This document shows, piece after piece, positions 39,568 to 47,896 of a stretch of DNA of 64,000 bases. The notes below the pieces were generated by a model. That model made no database searches, was not told the origin of the DNA, and was given only the letters and a program-made list of their open reading frames with translations. Within the stretch, counting starts at the first letter, position 1. Every line of letters starts with the position of its first letter. Source of the stretch: a virus (taxonomy: Duplodnaviria > Caudoviricetes); the IMG/VR virus record IMGVR_UViG_3300011624_000001, positions 24,436-88,435 of that record; one strand, written 5' to 3'. Both the position numbers and the translations under genes were made by a program.

Positions 39568-39975
39568 ATGGCTAAAAAAGCCCCTGTTGCCGGTTCCACT
39601 CAGGAACCGGCAGTATCCGGCACCGCGCCCGTCGCGCTGTCGAAACCAGAAGCACCAGCCGATTCGACTGTCGCCGCCGCATCGGCTGCGCCTGTCGCGG
39701 AGCCAGAAGCCCCGGCAGCACCGGCCGCCCCGGCAGCGGTGGAAGTCGTCGCCGAACAATTCCCGCGCGAAGTCACCATCATCAACGACACGCCGCTGAA
39801 ATTCATCGTCGCTGCGGCCCTCATCGGCCCTGGCGATGCCGTTCCGGCTGTGGTGCGCAATCAGGACGAGATCACCCGCATCCAGACCGACTGCAAGCAC
39901 CTGATGAGCCTGACCCCGGCGTTTGCCGAGCTGGACCCGCAACCGCTGCGCGTCATCGACGCTGCGGCTGAATAA
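39568..39975 (+). CDS. Ala/Pro/Glu-rich virion-associated protein
   Basis: AAGGA RBS; lies between the capsid and sheath genes. Confidence 0.6.
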   Translation: MAKKAPVAGSTQEPAVSGTAPVALSKPEAPADSTVAAASAAPVAEPEAPAAPAAPAAVEVVAEQFPREVTIINDTPLKFIVAAALIGPGDAVPAVVRNQDEITRIQTDCKHLMSLTPAFAELDPQPLRVIDAAAE

Positions 39976-39983
39976 GGACACGC

Positions 39984-41615
39984 ATGTTCTATCCTCACAC
40001 TCGCCAGTTGCAGGCCCAGCCGGGCGTGCAGCTCAACCCGCTGCGCGACAACACGGACGGGTTCTCGCCAGCGCCGACCGATCAAGCATTCGCCGTCGTC
40101 GGCCGGTTCAAGCGCGGCCGCATCGACGCGCCATTCCGCGTAAATCGCGGCAACATCAAGACGCGCCTGGGCAATGCCGAATCGCTGCGCGTGTCGGTCC
40201 TGAACGAAGCCCATGTGCAGACCAGCGAAGCGCTGGACGGTGGCGCTTACGAGGCGGTCGTGGCGCGCCTCGTCACGTCGGCTGCTGCCAACGGCTTCAT
40301 GGCCTTCAAGCTCGGCGCGGCGGGCGCGGCCTCGACGTTCGCTGTCTCGGCGGCGGTCCCGGAAGCGCCATTCCTGTTCCACCTGCAAATGCTGGACTGC
40401 TTCAACGACGGCTACCGCTTCGAGGTGTCGGCGCAGGCGGCCGTGGGCGCGGACGGCGTGACGGCGGCCCCGGCCAAGGTCATCACCCTGGCGATCCGCG
40501 AGCCGAACGGCAACCTGCTGTACGAATTCACCGGCTCGCTCGACCAGCTCGCGGTGGATGAATACGGCAAGGACTACTTCATCGGCTCGGTCATCGAAGC
40601 GCAAACCGATCTGGTCAAGATCGTGGTGGCCGCCAACGCAAACATCCCGGTCAATGCCGACTGCTACGGCCGCAACGCCGACGGCACGCAGCGCATCGCC
40701 GCCAGCGGCGCGGACCCGCTCGTCCTGTTCACCGAAGGCGGCACCGGCTATGTCGTGGCCGACTACGACGCGGCCGTGGCGCGCCTGGAAAACGGCCCGC
40801 TGGACTTCGGCTACATGATTAGCGGCGGCTCCCAAGCCCCTGCCCTGCTGTCGAAGCTCGGCCAGCTCGCCGTGCGCTCGAACCGCCAGTTCGCTTTCGA
40901 CGTTCCCGGCACCTTGACCCCGGCCGCTGCCGTCGCGTTCATGGCCCAGCTCAACCTGGATACGCACTACTGTCAAGCCTACTGGGCACCCCTGCTGACG
41001 GATGATCCCGTCAACGGCGGCAAGGCCTATATCGGCACCGCTGGCTACAACGTCGGCCTGCGCTGCGCTCGCAATGCGCAGACCAACGCCTACGGCCTCG
41101 CGCCGAAGAACTTCCCTGTCGCTGGCAAGGAATGGCCCCTGGTGCGCACTGGCGTCAAGCAGACGTACAGCCCTGCCGACCCGGAGCTGTCCGATCTGGC
41201 GAATGCGAAGATCAACCCCGTCATCTTCCAGAGCTACACCGACGGCGGCCGCTTCGTGTTCAGCGACTCGATCACTTGCGCCAAGGTGTCGGTGTCGGCC
41301 CGCAAGCTCATTTCCGTCGCCGAGATGAGCAGCACCATTGACGATATGGTGGCGAAGTTCGGTCGCGAAGTGCTGCAACTGCCGATGGAAACCGCGATCA
41401 GCAAGACCGAGAAATTCCTGAAAGCGACTTTCGACGGCGCGCGCTCGTCCGACTGGTTCGTGCCGTCGTCCGAGAAGGAGCTGGGCGAGAAGGGCTACAC
41501 GTTCAAGGTCGAGCGCAACAGCGTGCGTCCGAATGACCGCATGGACGTGACCTACGGCTGTCACTACGACGGCGTGGCGCGTGCAATCCACATCACCCAA
41601 ACCCTGTCGCGATAA
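39984..41615 (+). CDS. Tail sheath protein, P1 gp22-like
   Basis: VVGRFKRGRIDAPFRV N-terminus; AKINPV..FSDS.T C-terminal sheath motifs. Confidence 0.8.
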   Translation: MFYPHTRQLQAQPGVQLNPLRDNTDGFSPAPTDQAFAVVGRFKRGRIDAPFRVNRGNIKTRLGNAESLRVSVLNEAHVQTSEALDGGAYEAVVARLVTSAAANGFMAFKLGAAGAASTFAVSAAVPEAPFLFHLQMLDCFNDGYRFEVSAQAAVGADGVTAAPAKVITLAIREPNGNLLYEFTGSLDQLAVDEYGKDYFIGSVIEAQTDLVKIVVAANANIPVNADCYGRNADGTQRIAASGADPLVLFTEGGTGYVVADYDAAVARLENGPLDFGYMISGGSQAPALLSKLGQLAVRSNRQFAFDVPGTLTPAAAVAFMAQLNLDTHYCQAYWAPLLTDDPVNGGKAYIGTAGYNVGLRCARNAQTNAYGLAPKNFPVAGKEWPLVRTGVKQTYSPADPELSDLANAKINPVIFQSYTDGGRFVFSDSITCAKVSVSARKLISVAEMSSTIDDMVAKFGREVLQLPMETAISKTEKFLKATFDGARSSDWFVPSSEKELGEKGYTFKVERNSVRPNDRMDVTYGCHYDGVARAIHITQTLSR

Positions 41616-41634
41616 CTAGAAGGAGCGAAAAATA

Positions 41635-42357
41635 ATGAACCTGAGTAATCACCCGCTGGCCGCCGCCCTGCGCCCGCTGATGGTCGCGAAAAAGCCCGGC
41701 GCGCCAGCGAAGGCGGCCGCCCCGGTGGCCGTGCTGGATGGCGTGGACGAAGACGAAGCCCCGCAAGGGGCGGCCGCCTACGCCCAGGCCGATATGCGCC
41801 TGAAAGCGGCGGCGGCGATCCACCAGTGGGTCGAAACCACCGCTGACGATCTGGCCGAGGGCGAAACCATGGCGGACCGCCTGCTGGCGCTGGTCGTCGG
41901 CATCGCCGACGGTGACAAGGACGGCGAGCTGGACGACGACGAAGCCGAGCTGTGCGGCATGGTGCTGGAAGCCATGTGGGACTACCTCTCGGCCAAGGGC
42001 GTATCGGACGACGACTGCTCGGCGCTGCTGAACGACTGGGACAATGGCGCGGCCGAGCGCATCATGGACCTGGTTGTGTCGGCCCTGCCGAGCGGCGACG
42101 ACGCAAGCGCCGACGATATGGATGCGTTTGCGTTCGATTCCGATTCGGACAGCCCTCTGTTCGATGCGGTCTACCGCAAGAAAATCGCGGTCCGTCGCGG
42201 CAAGAAGGTGCGCATCAACAAGCGCGTTTCCGGCCACGTTCGCCTGTCGGCCAAGCAGAAAATCTCGATCCGCAAGATGCTGCGCAAGTCGCACAATGCG
42301 GCGGCCACCATGCACCGGGCGAAATCGAATCGCGTGCGTAAAGCGGCCGGTCTGTAA
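41635..42357 (+). CDS. P1 gp21-like protein (acidic body, very basic tail; prohead-core-like)
   Basis: C-terminal YRKKIAVRRGKKVRINKR..RLSAKQK..RVRKAAGL. Confidence 0.6.
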   Translation: MNLSNHPLAAALRPLMVAKKPGAPAKAAAPVAVLDGVDEDEAPQGAAAYAQADMRLKAAAAIHQWVETTADDLAEGETMADRLLALVVGIADGDKDGELDDDEAELCGMVLEAMWDYLSAKGVSDDDCSALLNDWDNGAAERIMDLVVSALPSGDDASADDMDAFAFDSDSDSPLFDAVYRKKIAVRRGKKVRINKRVSGHVRLSAKQKISIRKMLRKSHNAAATMHRAKSNRVRKAAGL

Positions 42358-42373
42358 CCCGAGCAGCGCCCCG

Positions 42374-42402
42374 AAAGAGCCGGATTCGTCCGGCTCTTTT
42401 TC
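42374..42402 (+). terminator. Intrinsic terminator
   Basis: AAAGAGCCGGA-TTCG-TCCGGCTCTTTTT. Confidence 0.85.
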
Positions 42403-42404
42403 AT

Positions 42405-42447
42405 TGGGAAAACGGCCGCCAGAGGCCCATTTTCACGCGGCCATACT
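42405..42447 (+). promoter_or_regulatory. Putative late promoter 10 (GGAAAA-N29-CATACT)
   Basis: GGAAAA 42407-42412; hexamer 42442-42447. Confidence 0.75.
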
Positions 42448-42453
42448 GCGCGC

Positions 42454-43281
42454 ATGGCTATCACCGAAAAAAGCTCGAACGCGAGCGCATCGAAAATCCT
42501 CAAGTCGCACTGGGACGGCCTCTCGCCGCACCTGATCGCGCGCTTCTACCCGCTCAAGAAGGTGCAGGGCGGGTCGGGCTGGGTGCAAAGCCGCGACGTG
42601 CGGGAAGTGTCGGCCGCCGAGCGCTACAGCATTGACGACGGGTTCGAGGTGCATTGCCCGATCACGGACGGCACCAGCGAAATGACCCTCAACTGGACGA
42701 GCCCGTTCGAGAACGCGGGCGCGGAGTCCATCGCCACCACCCTGACGGCCATGCTGCAATCGGGTAACGCGGCTGCGATGCTGCAAACGGTGGCGCGGGC
42801 CATGGGCATGGACGCCAGCGGCACCAGCGTCGCGGCAACGCTGGAGAAGGCTACCGGCCGCACCGGCATCACCAAGCTCAATTCGACGCAGATTTTTAGC
42901 GGCATGCCGCCGATCAAGCTGTCCATGACGCTGCACTTTCGCGCCCTGTACGACCCCATCGCCGAGGTGCGCGACCCCATCGCGCAGATACAGAAATGGG
43001 GCACGCCGCAAATGCTGTCGGCCGATGGCGCTATCGCGGCCGGAGTCAAGGGCGCGGGCACAAATGACTTTATCGAAACCGTGTTCCCGTCGATCTCGCC
43101 CCAGGTCATCGGCATGCGCTATGGCGATATGACGTTGGAGCCGATGGTTATCGACAGCATTTCCGCGCCGTTCACGGCCCCGCGCTCGGACAAGGGCGTG
43201 CTGGTGCAGCAAAGCATCCAGATCACGCTATCCACCCTCACCGCTCTCGACCGTCGAGACATAGACAGGATTTACCGCTGA
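42454..43281 (+). CDS. P1 PmgG-like baseplate/tube-initiator protein
   Basis: LNWTSPFEN..TKLNSTQIFSGMPP..TLHFRA motifs; synteny with P1. Confidence 0.6.
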   Translation: MAITEKSSNASASKILKSHWDGLSPHLIARFYPLKKVQGGSGWVQSRDVREVSAAERYSIDDGFEVHCPITDGTSEMTLNWTSPFENAGAESIATTLTAMLQSGNAAAMLQTVARAMGMDASGTSVAATLEKATGRTGITKLNSTQIFSGMPPIKLSMTLHFRALYDPIAEVRDPIAQIQKWGTPQMLSADGAIAAGVKGAGTNDFIETVFPSISPQVIGMRYGDMTLEPMVIDSISAPFTAPRSDKGVLVQQSIQITLSTLTALDRRDIDRIYR

Positions 43282-44042
43282 TGATTACTTTCGCCCCGCT
43301 TCGCACTCGCCGCCTGGACGTGCAGCTACAAGAGCTGTCCATTGGCGACGAAATCGCCTTGTGCCACCTCCCCGAGCTGGCGCATGAGAAGTCCCTGACC
43401 ACGTTCCTTGAGCGCGCCGTGGAGGCCGCCAACGCGCCGACCGAGCGCCACGTCGCCAGTCCGCGCGCCTGGAGCGTTGGCGAGCGGCTGATGGTGCTGG
43501 CGCACTACTGCACGCACACCCGCGAGGATGGCCCGGATTACGCCGTCACGGACGTTTCGCGCCTGTCCGACTACCTCGACATCAGCAAGGATGCAAACGC
43601 GGCTCCTGCGGCCTTTGAGGCGTGCGGCGACCGCTGGGTGCTGCGCCCGCTCATCGGCGCGGCCGTGGAGGTGCTGGAGGGGCTGCAAGGCCAGATGGAG
43701 CTGCGCGGCCGCGAGTTCTGGATTGTCGGCGCGATGTCGGCGCAACTGCTGCGCGAGGGCGAGGCCATTCCCGACCCTGCAAGTGAGTTTGCCGAGTACG
43801 GCGAATGGCTCCAGCGCCGCATCGTCACGATGACCGCCATGCCCGGATCGGGCTTCGATGTGCTGTTCGCACGCTATGCCGAAGCGATGCAGGCGGGCGG
43901 CCAGTTCTTCCGCATTTGGTTCGATGAGCAGGGCGTGATCGTGCTGCCGAAGGAGGCCGGGGCGGTGACGCCACCGGCCCGATTTCCTGTTCATTCCGCC
44001 GTCGGCACAGTCGCGTTTTCACTTACAGGAAAAGCACACTGA
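43281..44042 (+). CDS. P1 PmgF-like morphogenesis/assembly chaperone
   Basis: Synteny; WSVGER...AHY and W.LRPL.G..VE.LE motifs. Confidence 0.5.
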   Translation: MITFAPLRTRRLDVQLQELSIGDEIALCHLPELAHEKSLTTFLERAVEAANAPTERHVASPRAWSVGERLMVLAHYCTHTREDGPDYAVTDVSRLSDYLDISKDANAAPAAFEACGDRWVLRPLIGAAVEVLEGLQGQMELRGREFWIVGAMSAQLLREGEAIPDPASEFAEYGEWLQRRIVTMTAMPGSGFDVLFARYAEAMQAGGQFFRIWFDEQGVIVLPKEAGAVTPPARFPVHSAVGTVAFSLTGKAH

Positions 44043-44068
44043 GGTGCTGGCGAGTTTGTTCTTAAACT
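44026..44068 (+). promoter_or_regulatory. Putative late promoter 11 for the lysis cassette (GGAAAA-N29-TAAACT)
   Basis: GGAAAA 44028-44033; hexamer 44063-44068. Confidence 0.6.
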
Positions 44069-44256
44069 TCGGTATTGACTACGGGCAAGCAAAGACGATG
44101 CGCAGCTCCGATGTGCGGTCGATCTTCCAAAGCAAGGCATTTGGTGACTGGAAGAAAAGCCGCGAAGCATCGCAAAAAGTTGATTTGGCAGTGATTGACC
44201 GTCTTGATGCAGTCATTAAGAGCATCGGGAATTTATCGAAGGTTATGTCGCGATAG
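44044..44256 (+). CDS. Small protein downstream of the PmgF-like gene
   Basis: 70-aa ORF with a weak GTG start. Confidence 0.5.
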   Translation: MLASLFLNFGIDYGQAKTMRSSDVRSIFQSKAFGDWKKSREASQKVDLAVIDRLDAVIKSIGNLSKVMSR

Positions 44257-44277
44257 CGGCATTTTGGAGAAATTTAA

Positions 44278-44625
44278 ATGGCAGAACCAGTAGCAGCGCT
44301 CGCGGCGATCTTGTCGTCGCTGGCGAAGGCCGCGATCAGCTACCTGCCCGGCGCGGCCGGTGCGGCTGTGTCGCTGAAATTCCTGGGCGGGGAGTTGTCC
44401 CGCTCGCAAAAGCTGATTTCGTTCGCAGCGGGCTTCGCCTGCGCGGTCTACGTTGCCCCGGCCGTCATCGAGCTGTTCAGCATCGAGGGCGCGCGGGTGC
44501 ATTCGGGCATCGAGTTCCTGACGGGCCTGTTCTCGATGGCGATCTGCCGCGAGCTGTTCACCGAAATCAACGAGGCCGACATCATCGGCGCAATCAAGCG
44601 TCGCTACCTCGGGGGTGGCAAATAA
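44278..44625 (+). CDS. Holin
   Basis: Three hydrophobic segments, basic C-terminus, first gene of the lysis cassette. Confidence 0.75.
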   Translation: MAEPVAALAAILSSLAKAAISYLPGAAGAAVSLKFLGGELSRSQKLISFAAGFACAVYVAPAVIELFSIEGARVHSGIEFLTGLFSMAICRELFTEINEADIIGAIKRRYLGGGK

Positions 44626-44768
44626 TGTTCATCGACAAAGTCATCCCCAGCATCATCCTTACGGTGTGCGTATGGGCGGTGCTGGATAAACGCCTCAAGA
44701 CCCGCACGCTGGGCACGGTGGCGCTGTCCATGATCGCCCTGCGCGCGGTGAGCGTCCTGTGCAGCTAA
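44625..44768 (+). CDS. 47-aa two-TM protein (holin partner/antiholin candidate)
   Basis: Read by hand: TAATG overlap; MFIDKVIPSIILTVCVWAVLDKRLKTRTLGTVALSMIALRAVSVLCS. Confidence 0.6.
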   Translation: MFIDKVIPSIILTVCVWAVLDKRLKTRTLGTVALSMIALRAVSVLCS

Positions 44769-45400
44769 TCACGCTCGACCAGCTCACCGCCATCATGCCC
44801 GGCGCGCGGGCGGTGGCGGCCGCGTTCATCGAGCCGCTGGAGCGTGCGATGTTCGAGTTTGCCATTGTGAGCGAGCTGCGCGTCGAGCACTTCACGGCGC
44901 AGATCGCGCACGAATCCGGCCAGCTCAGGAAGATGCAGGAGGGGATGAGCTACAGCGCTCAGCGCCTCATGGAAGTGTGGCCGTCCCGCTTCCCTACTCG
45001 CGCCATTGCTGACGCCTATGCGCACCGCCCGGAGGCCATCGCCAACAAGGTGTACGCCAACCGCATGGGCAACGGCAACGAGGCCAGCGGCGACGGCTGG
45101 CGGCACCGTGGCGCGGGGCTCATCGCCCTGACCGGCCGCGCCAATCAGGAGCGGTGCGCCAAGTATTTCGGCATCCCTCTGGCGCAGATCGGCGACTGGC
45201 TGCGCACGCCCGAGGGCGCATGCCGCTCGGCCGCGTGGTTCTGGTCCGAGGCCGGGTGCAACAAGCTGGCCGACAAAGACGACCTCGACGCCGTTTCGGA
45301 CGCCATCAACATCGGGCACCAGACGGCCGCCGAGGGCGACGCCATCGGGTATGCCGACCGCCTCGAATTTCTCACTGTTTCGCGAAGGGTGATCGCATGA
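44759..45400 (+). CDS. Endolysin, glycoside hydrolase family 19
   Basis: HFTAQIAHESG..YANRMGNG..GDGWRHRG.GLI.LTGR..SAAWFW. Confidence 0.9.
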   Translation: MQLITLDQLTAIMPGARAVAAAFIEPLERAMFEFAIVSELRVEHFTAQIAHESGQLRKMQEGMSYSAQRLMEVWPSRFPTRAIADAYAHRPEAIANKVYANRMGNGNEASGDGWRHRGAGLIALTGRANQERCAKYFGIPLAQIGDWLRTPEGACRSAAWFWSEAGCNKLADKDDLDAVSDAINIGHQTAAEGDAIGYADRLEFLTVSRRVIA

Positions 45401-45990
45401 AGGAAATCAAGTTTGTCCTGTCCCTGATGACGCCTCGCGTATGGGTCGTGTTGCTCCTGCTGGCCGCCCTGGTGCTGCTGGCCGGGCTCGGGATGGGCGG
45501 CTACGTCGGCTACCGCGTCGCTGACGGGCAGGCGCAGATCGCGGCGGGGAAGGTCGAGCGCGAGCGCGCGGCCGAGCGGCTGGCGCTGGCCCAGGAGCGG
45601 CTTACCCACGCGCGCCACCTGAGCGAAGCGAACGAACGGACCGACGCCACCGAAAAGCGTTGGCAAGACAAGCTCGGCACTGTCGCCGAGATTCACAAGG
45701 AGCAGATGGATGATGCACGAACGAAAATTGATGCTTTGCGCGCTGATGTGCTCACTGGCGCTGTCCGGCTGTCTGTCGCAGTCAAAGCAGCCGGAATCGC
45801 AGCCAGTAGTTGCACGCCAAGCGGAGATTCCACCGCTGCCGGTGGCGATCAAGAAACGCGAGCCGAACTTGTGCCGCAGGCTGCTCACGACCTTATCGGC
45901 ATCGCAGCCGATGGCGACGACGCGGTGCGCGACCTCAACGCCTGCATCGACGCCTACCACGCCATAGAGAGAAAGCAGGAGCAGCCATGA
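45397..45990 (+). CDS. Inner-membrane spanin (Rz-like)
   Basis: N-terminal TM, coiled coil, C-terminal DLNACIDAY. Confidence 0.85.
   Translation: MKEIKFVLSLMTPRVWVVLLLLAALVLLAGLGMGGYVGYRVADGQAQIAAGKVERERAAERLALAQERLTHARHLSEANERTDATEKRWQDKLGTVAEIHKEQMDDARTKIDALRADVLTGAVRLSVAVKAAGIAASSCTPSGDSTAAGGDQETRAELVPQAAHDLIGIAADGDDAVRDLNACIDAYHAIERKQEQP
45710..45967 (+). CDS. Outer-membrane spanin lipoprotein (Rz1-like), embedded in Rz
   Basis: Lipobox LSGC; Pro-rich; nested in a different reading frame. Confidence 0.8.
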   Translation: MMHERKLMLCALMCSLALSGCLSQSKQPESQPVVARQAEIPPLPVAIKKREPNLCRRLLTTLSASQPMATTRCATSTPASTPTTP

Positions 45991-46181
45991 GCCGTACCAA
46001 GGAAGACCGGGACGCGCAGCGCGCACGCGGCGCGCTGATCCCGAACGGGAGCTGCCATTTTTGCGGCTACAAGGTGCCGCCGAAGGCGCATTGGTGCTCG
46101 GGCGAATGTGCCCAGGATCATGCGGCCGAAACTCGGCACCAGGGCGGTGCCGAGGGCCAGCCGGGTCATTCCGGCTTGTAG
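45987..46181 (+). CDS. Small Zn-ribbon protein
   Basis: CHFCG..WCSGEC; ATGA overlap. Confidence 0.6.
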   Translation: MSRTKEDRDAQRARGALIPNGSCHFCGYKVPPKAHWCSGECAQDHAAETRHQGGAEGQPGHSGL

Positions 46182-46489
46182 TGCTCTTTGACGAGCTTTT
46201 CGATGTAGGGGATCAGGGCCGCATCCATGATCTTCTGCAACGACTTGTGACCGGGCACGTTCTCGGTGATCCACTCCATCTTGGCGTGAATCTGTCTCGT
46301 ATGCTTCCAGTTCAGCAGCGTGGTCTGCTCGGCGCTGGCGTTCTCCCACGGCGCGACGATGCGCGGCGGGCTAAAGTCCAGTGGTGCCTGTCCTGCCCCG
46401 ACCTGCTGGCGCACCTGCACGCCGCCATTGACCGGCACAAGGTCCGACGGATTGAAGGTGAATCCCGGTCGGAGTGCTAATTTTTCCAT
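46166..46489 (-). CDS. stbC: Plasmid stability protein StbC-like (RHH)
   Basis: PWE..LLNWK..KMEWITENVP..SLQKIM matches the StbC pattern; last gene of the stb operon. Confidence 0.6.
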   Translation of the reverse strand: MEKLALRPGFTFNPSDLVPVNGGVQVRQQVGAGQAPLDFSPPRIVAPWENASAEQTTLLNWKHTRQIHAKMEWITENVPGHKSLQKIMDAALIPYIEKLVKEHYKPE

Positions 46490-46508
46490 TTGAGGTTCCT
46501 CTTTCTGT

Positions 46509-46721
46509 TCAATGCGGGCCGATCACCAGCGCGACGATTGCCCCGCCCGCCAAGCCGCCTACAAGCGCGGCCACGGCGACCAGGGCCGCTACCTTGCGCG
46601 CACGCGCCAGCTCGGCCTGGGCGGCCGCCTGGACGGTCTGGTGCAGCGCTTTAACCTCGTCGTGCAGCTTCCCAACGTCGCCGAGCATTTCGGCGATCAA
46701 TGCGTCCAGGGCGGTTCCCAT
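46509..46721 (-). CDS. Small coiled-coil protein with C-terminal membrane anchor
   Basis: Within the stb operon; ALIAEMLGDVGKL plus a hydrophobic tail. Confidence 0.6.
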   Translation of the reverse strand: MGTALDALIAEMLGDVGKLHDEVKALHQTVQAAAQAELARARKVAALVAVAALVGGLAGGAIVALVIGPH

Positions 46722-46729
46722 GCCCTGCC

Positions 46730-47428
46730 CTACTTCGTCAGGGCTTTGAAGGCCGCATCATGTTCGCTCTTGACCCCGGCCGCAAGGCGCTTGATCCCGC
46801 GCAGGCGGCTGATGCGCAGCTTCTCGCCTGGGTCCGTCGCGTCCTTGAGCAACTGGGTCAGGTCGGCCGGGTCATCGAGCACGCCGTTGATGGTTTGGTC
46901 CGCGCCTGCGAGCTTGCCATAAATATCATTAACGTGCAGCACTGCTTTTGGGTTCAGGGTGAAGCTCTTGTCGGTTTCGTGCAGCTCGAACAGGCCCGAG
47001 AACACTTGCTCGATCACCTCGTCCACCTCGACCATGTTGAACAGGAGGCGGATTTTCTTCGCGGGCACGCCCAGCTCGGCCAGGGCGTCAATGGTCGAAA
47101 TCGTGTCGCGCTGCTGCTTTTTCGCCGGGGTGGTCGGGATCACGAAGAAATCGAAGTCCTCATGGCTACCGCGATATTGTTTCATCTGCAAAATCAGCGC
47201 CTCGATATTGGATGCGCCAATATCGACCACTACATCATCGACCATCGCCATCGCTTCGAGGACATTACCGAATTCTCGCCCTTTCACGCGGCCGACATCA
47301 TCGTGTTCATCCGCATTGATGGTTTCGACCGCGATAATATCGCAGTCATTCATACGAGGTTTCAGGACGTGGCGGGCAACAGTGGATTTACCTACGTTGC
47401 CGGAAAAGCTGAGAACACCGATTTTCAT
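46730..47428 (-). CDS. stbB: Plasmid stability ATPase StbB (ParA/MinD-like)
   Basis: SFSGNVGKST..VVVDIGASN..YRGSHEDFDFFVIPT.P..KQQRDT signature. Confidence 0.85.
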   Translation of the reverse strand: MKIGVLSFSGNVGKSTVARHVLKPRMNDCDIIAVETINADEHDDVGRVKGREFGNVLEAMAMVDDVVVDIGASNIEALILQMKQYRGSHEDFDFFVIPTTPAKKQQRDTISTIDALAELGVPAKKIRLLFNMVEVDEVIEQVFSGLFELHETDKSFTLNPKAVLHVNDIYGKLAGADQTINGVLDDPADLTQLLKDATDPGEKLRISRLRGIKRLAAGVKSEHDAAFKALTK

Positions 47429-47871
47429 TTCTGAGTACCTTTCAAGTTTTTTATCAGTGGGTTTGAATTGGAGCCGATAAATCTGTCGGCTCGTTCTTCC
47501 CGTCGTTTTCTGGTTTCCATTATTTCGGAAACCGCTTCATGCTGATCGTTCGCCTCTGGCTCGGGGGTGCCCCCCTCCCCTATTGGCACGATGGTTTCTG
47601 CATTAACACTCGGACCCGCTGGCGCTATTTTCGGTGCTGCTTTGGACTTCCCATGACGTATGCGCCAAAGCATTGACGAATACGCGCTCATTTTCAGATC
47701 AAAGCCACTTTTATTTAGTGCCTCCAATATATGCTCATGCGAAACACCGGCCGCTTGCAGCGCTTCAATTTCGGGTAGGAGCTGCCGCAAGCGAGCGGTT
47801 TTCTTCGTCACCTTCGTGCTGTCGTTTGCCAGGGCGCGCAGCGCGTTCGCTGCATCCTGTATGTCTTCCAT
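47425..47871 (-). CDS. stbA: Plasmid stability DNA-binding protein StbA-like
   Basis: LLPEIEALQAAGVSHEHILEALNKSGF..AYSSMLWRIR; coupled to stbB; AGGAGAGGG RBS. Confidence 0.7.
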   Translation of the reverse strand: MEDIQDAANALRALANDSTKVTKKTARLRQLLPEIEALQAAGVSHEHILEALNKSGFDLKMSAYSSMLWRIRHGKSKAAPKIAPAGPSVNAETIVPIGEGGTPEPEANDQHEAVSEIMETRKRREERADRFIGSNSNPLIKNLKGTQK

Positions 47872-47896
47872 AGCACGACTGCCCTCTCCTGTACTG

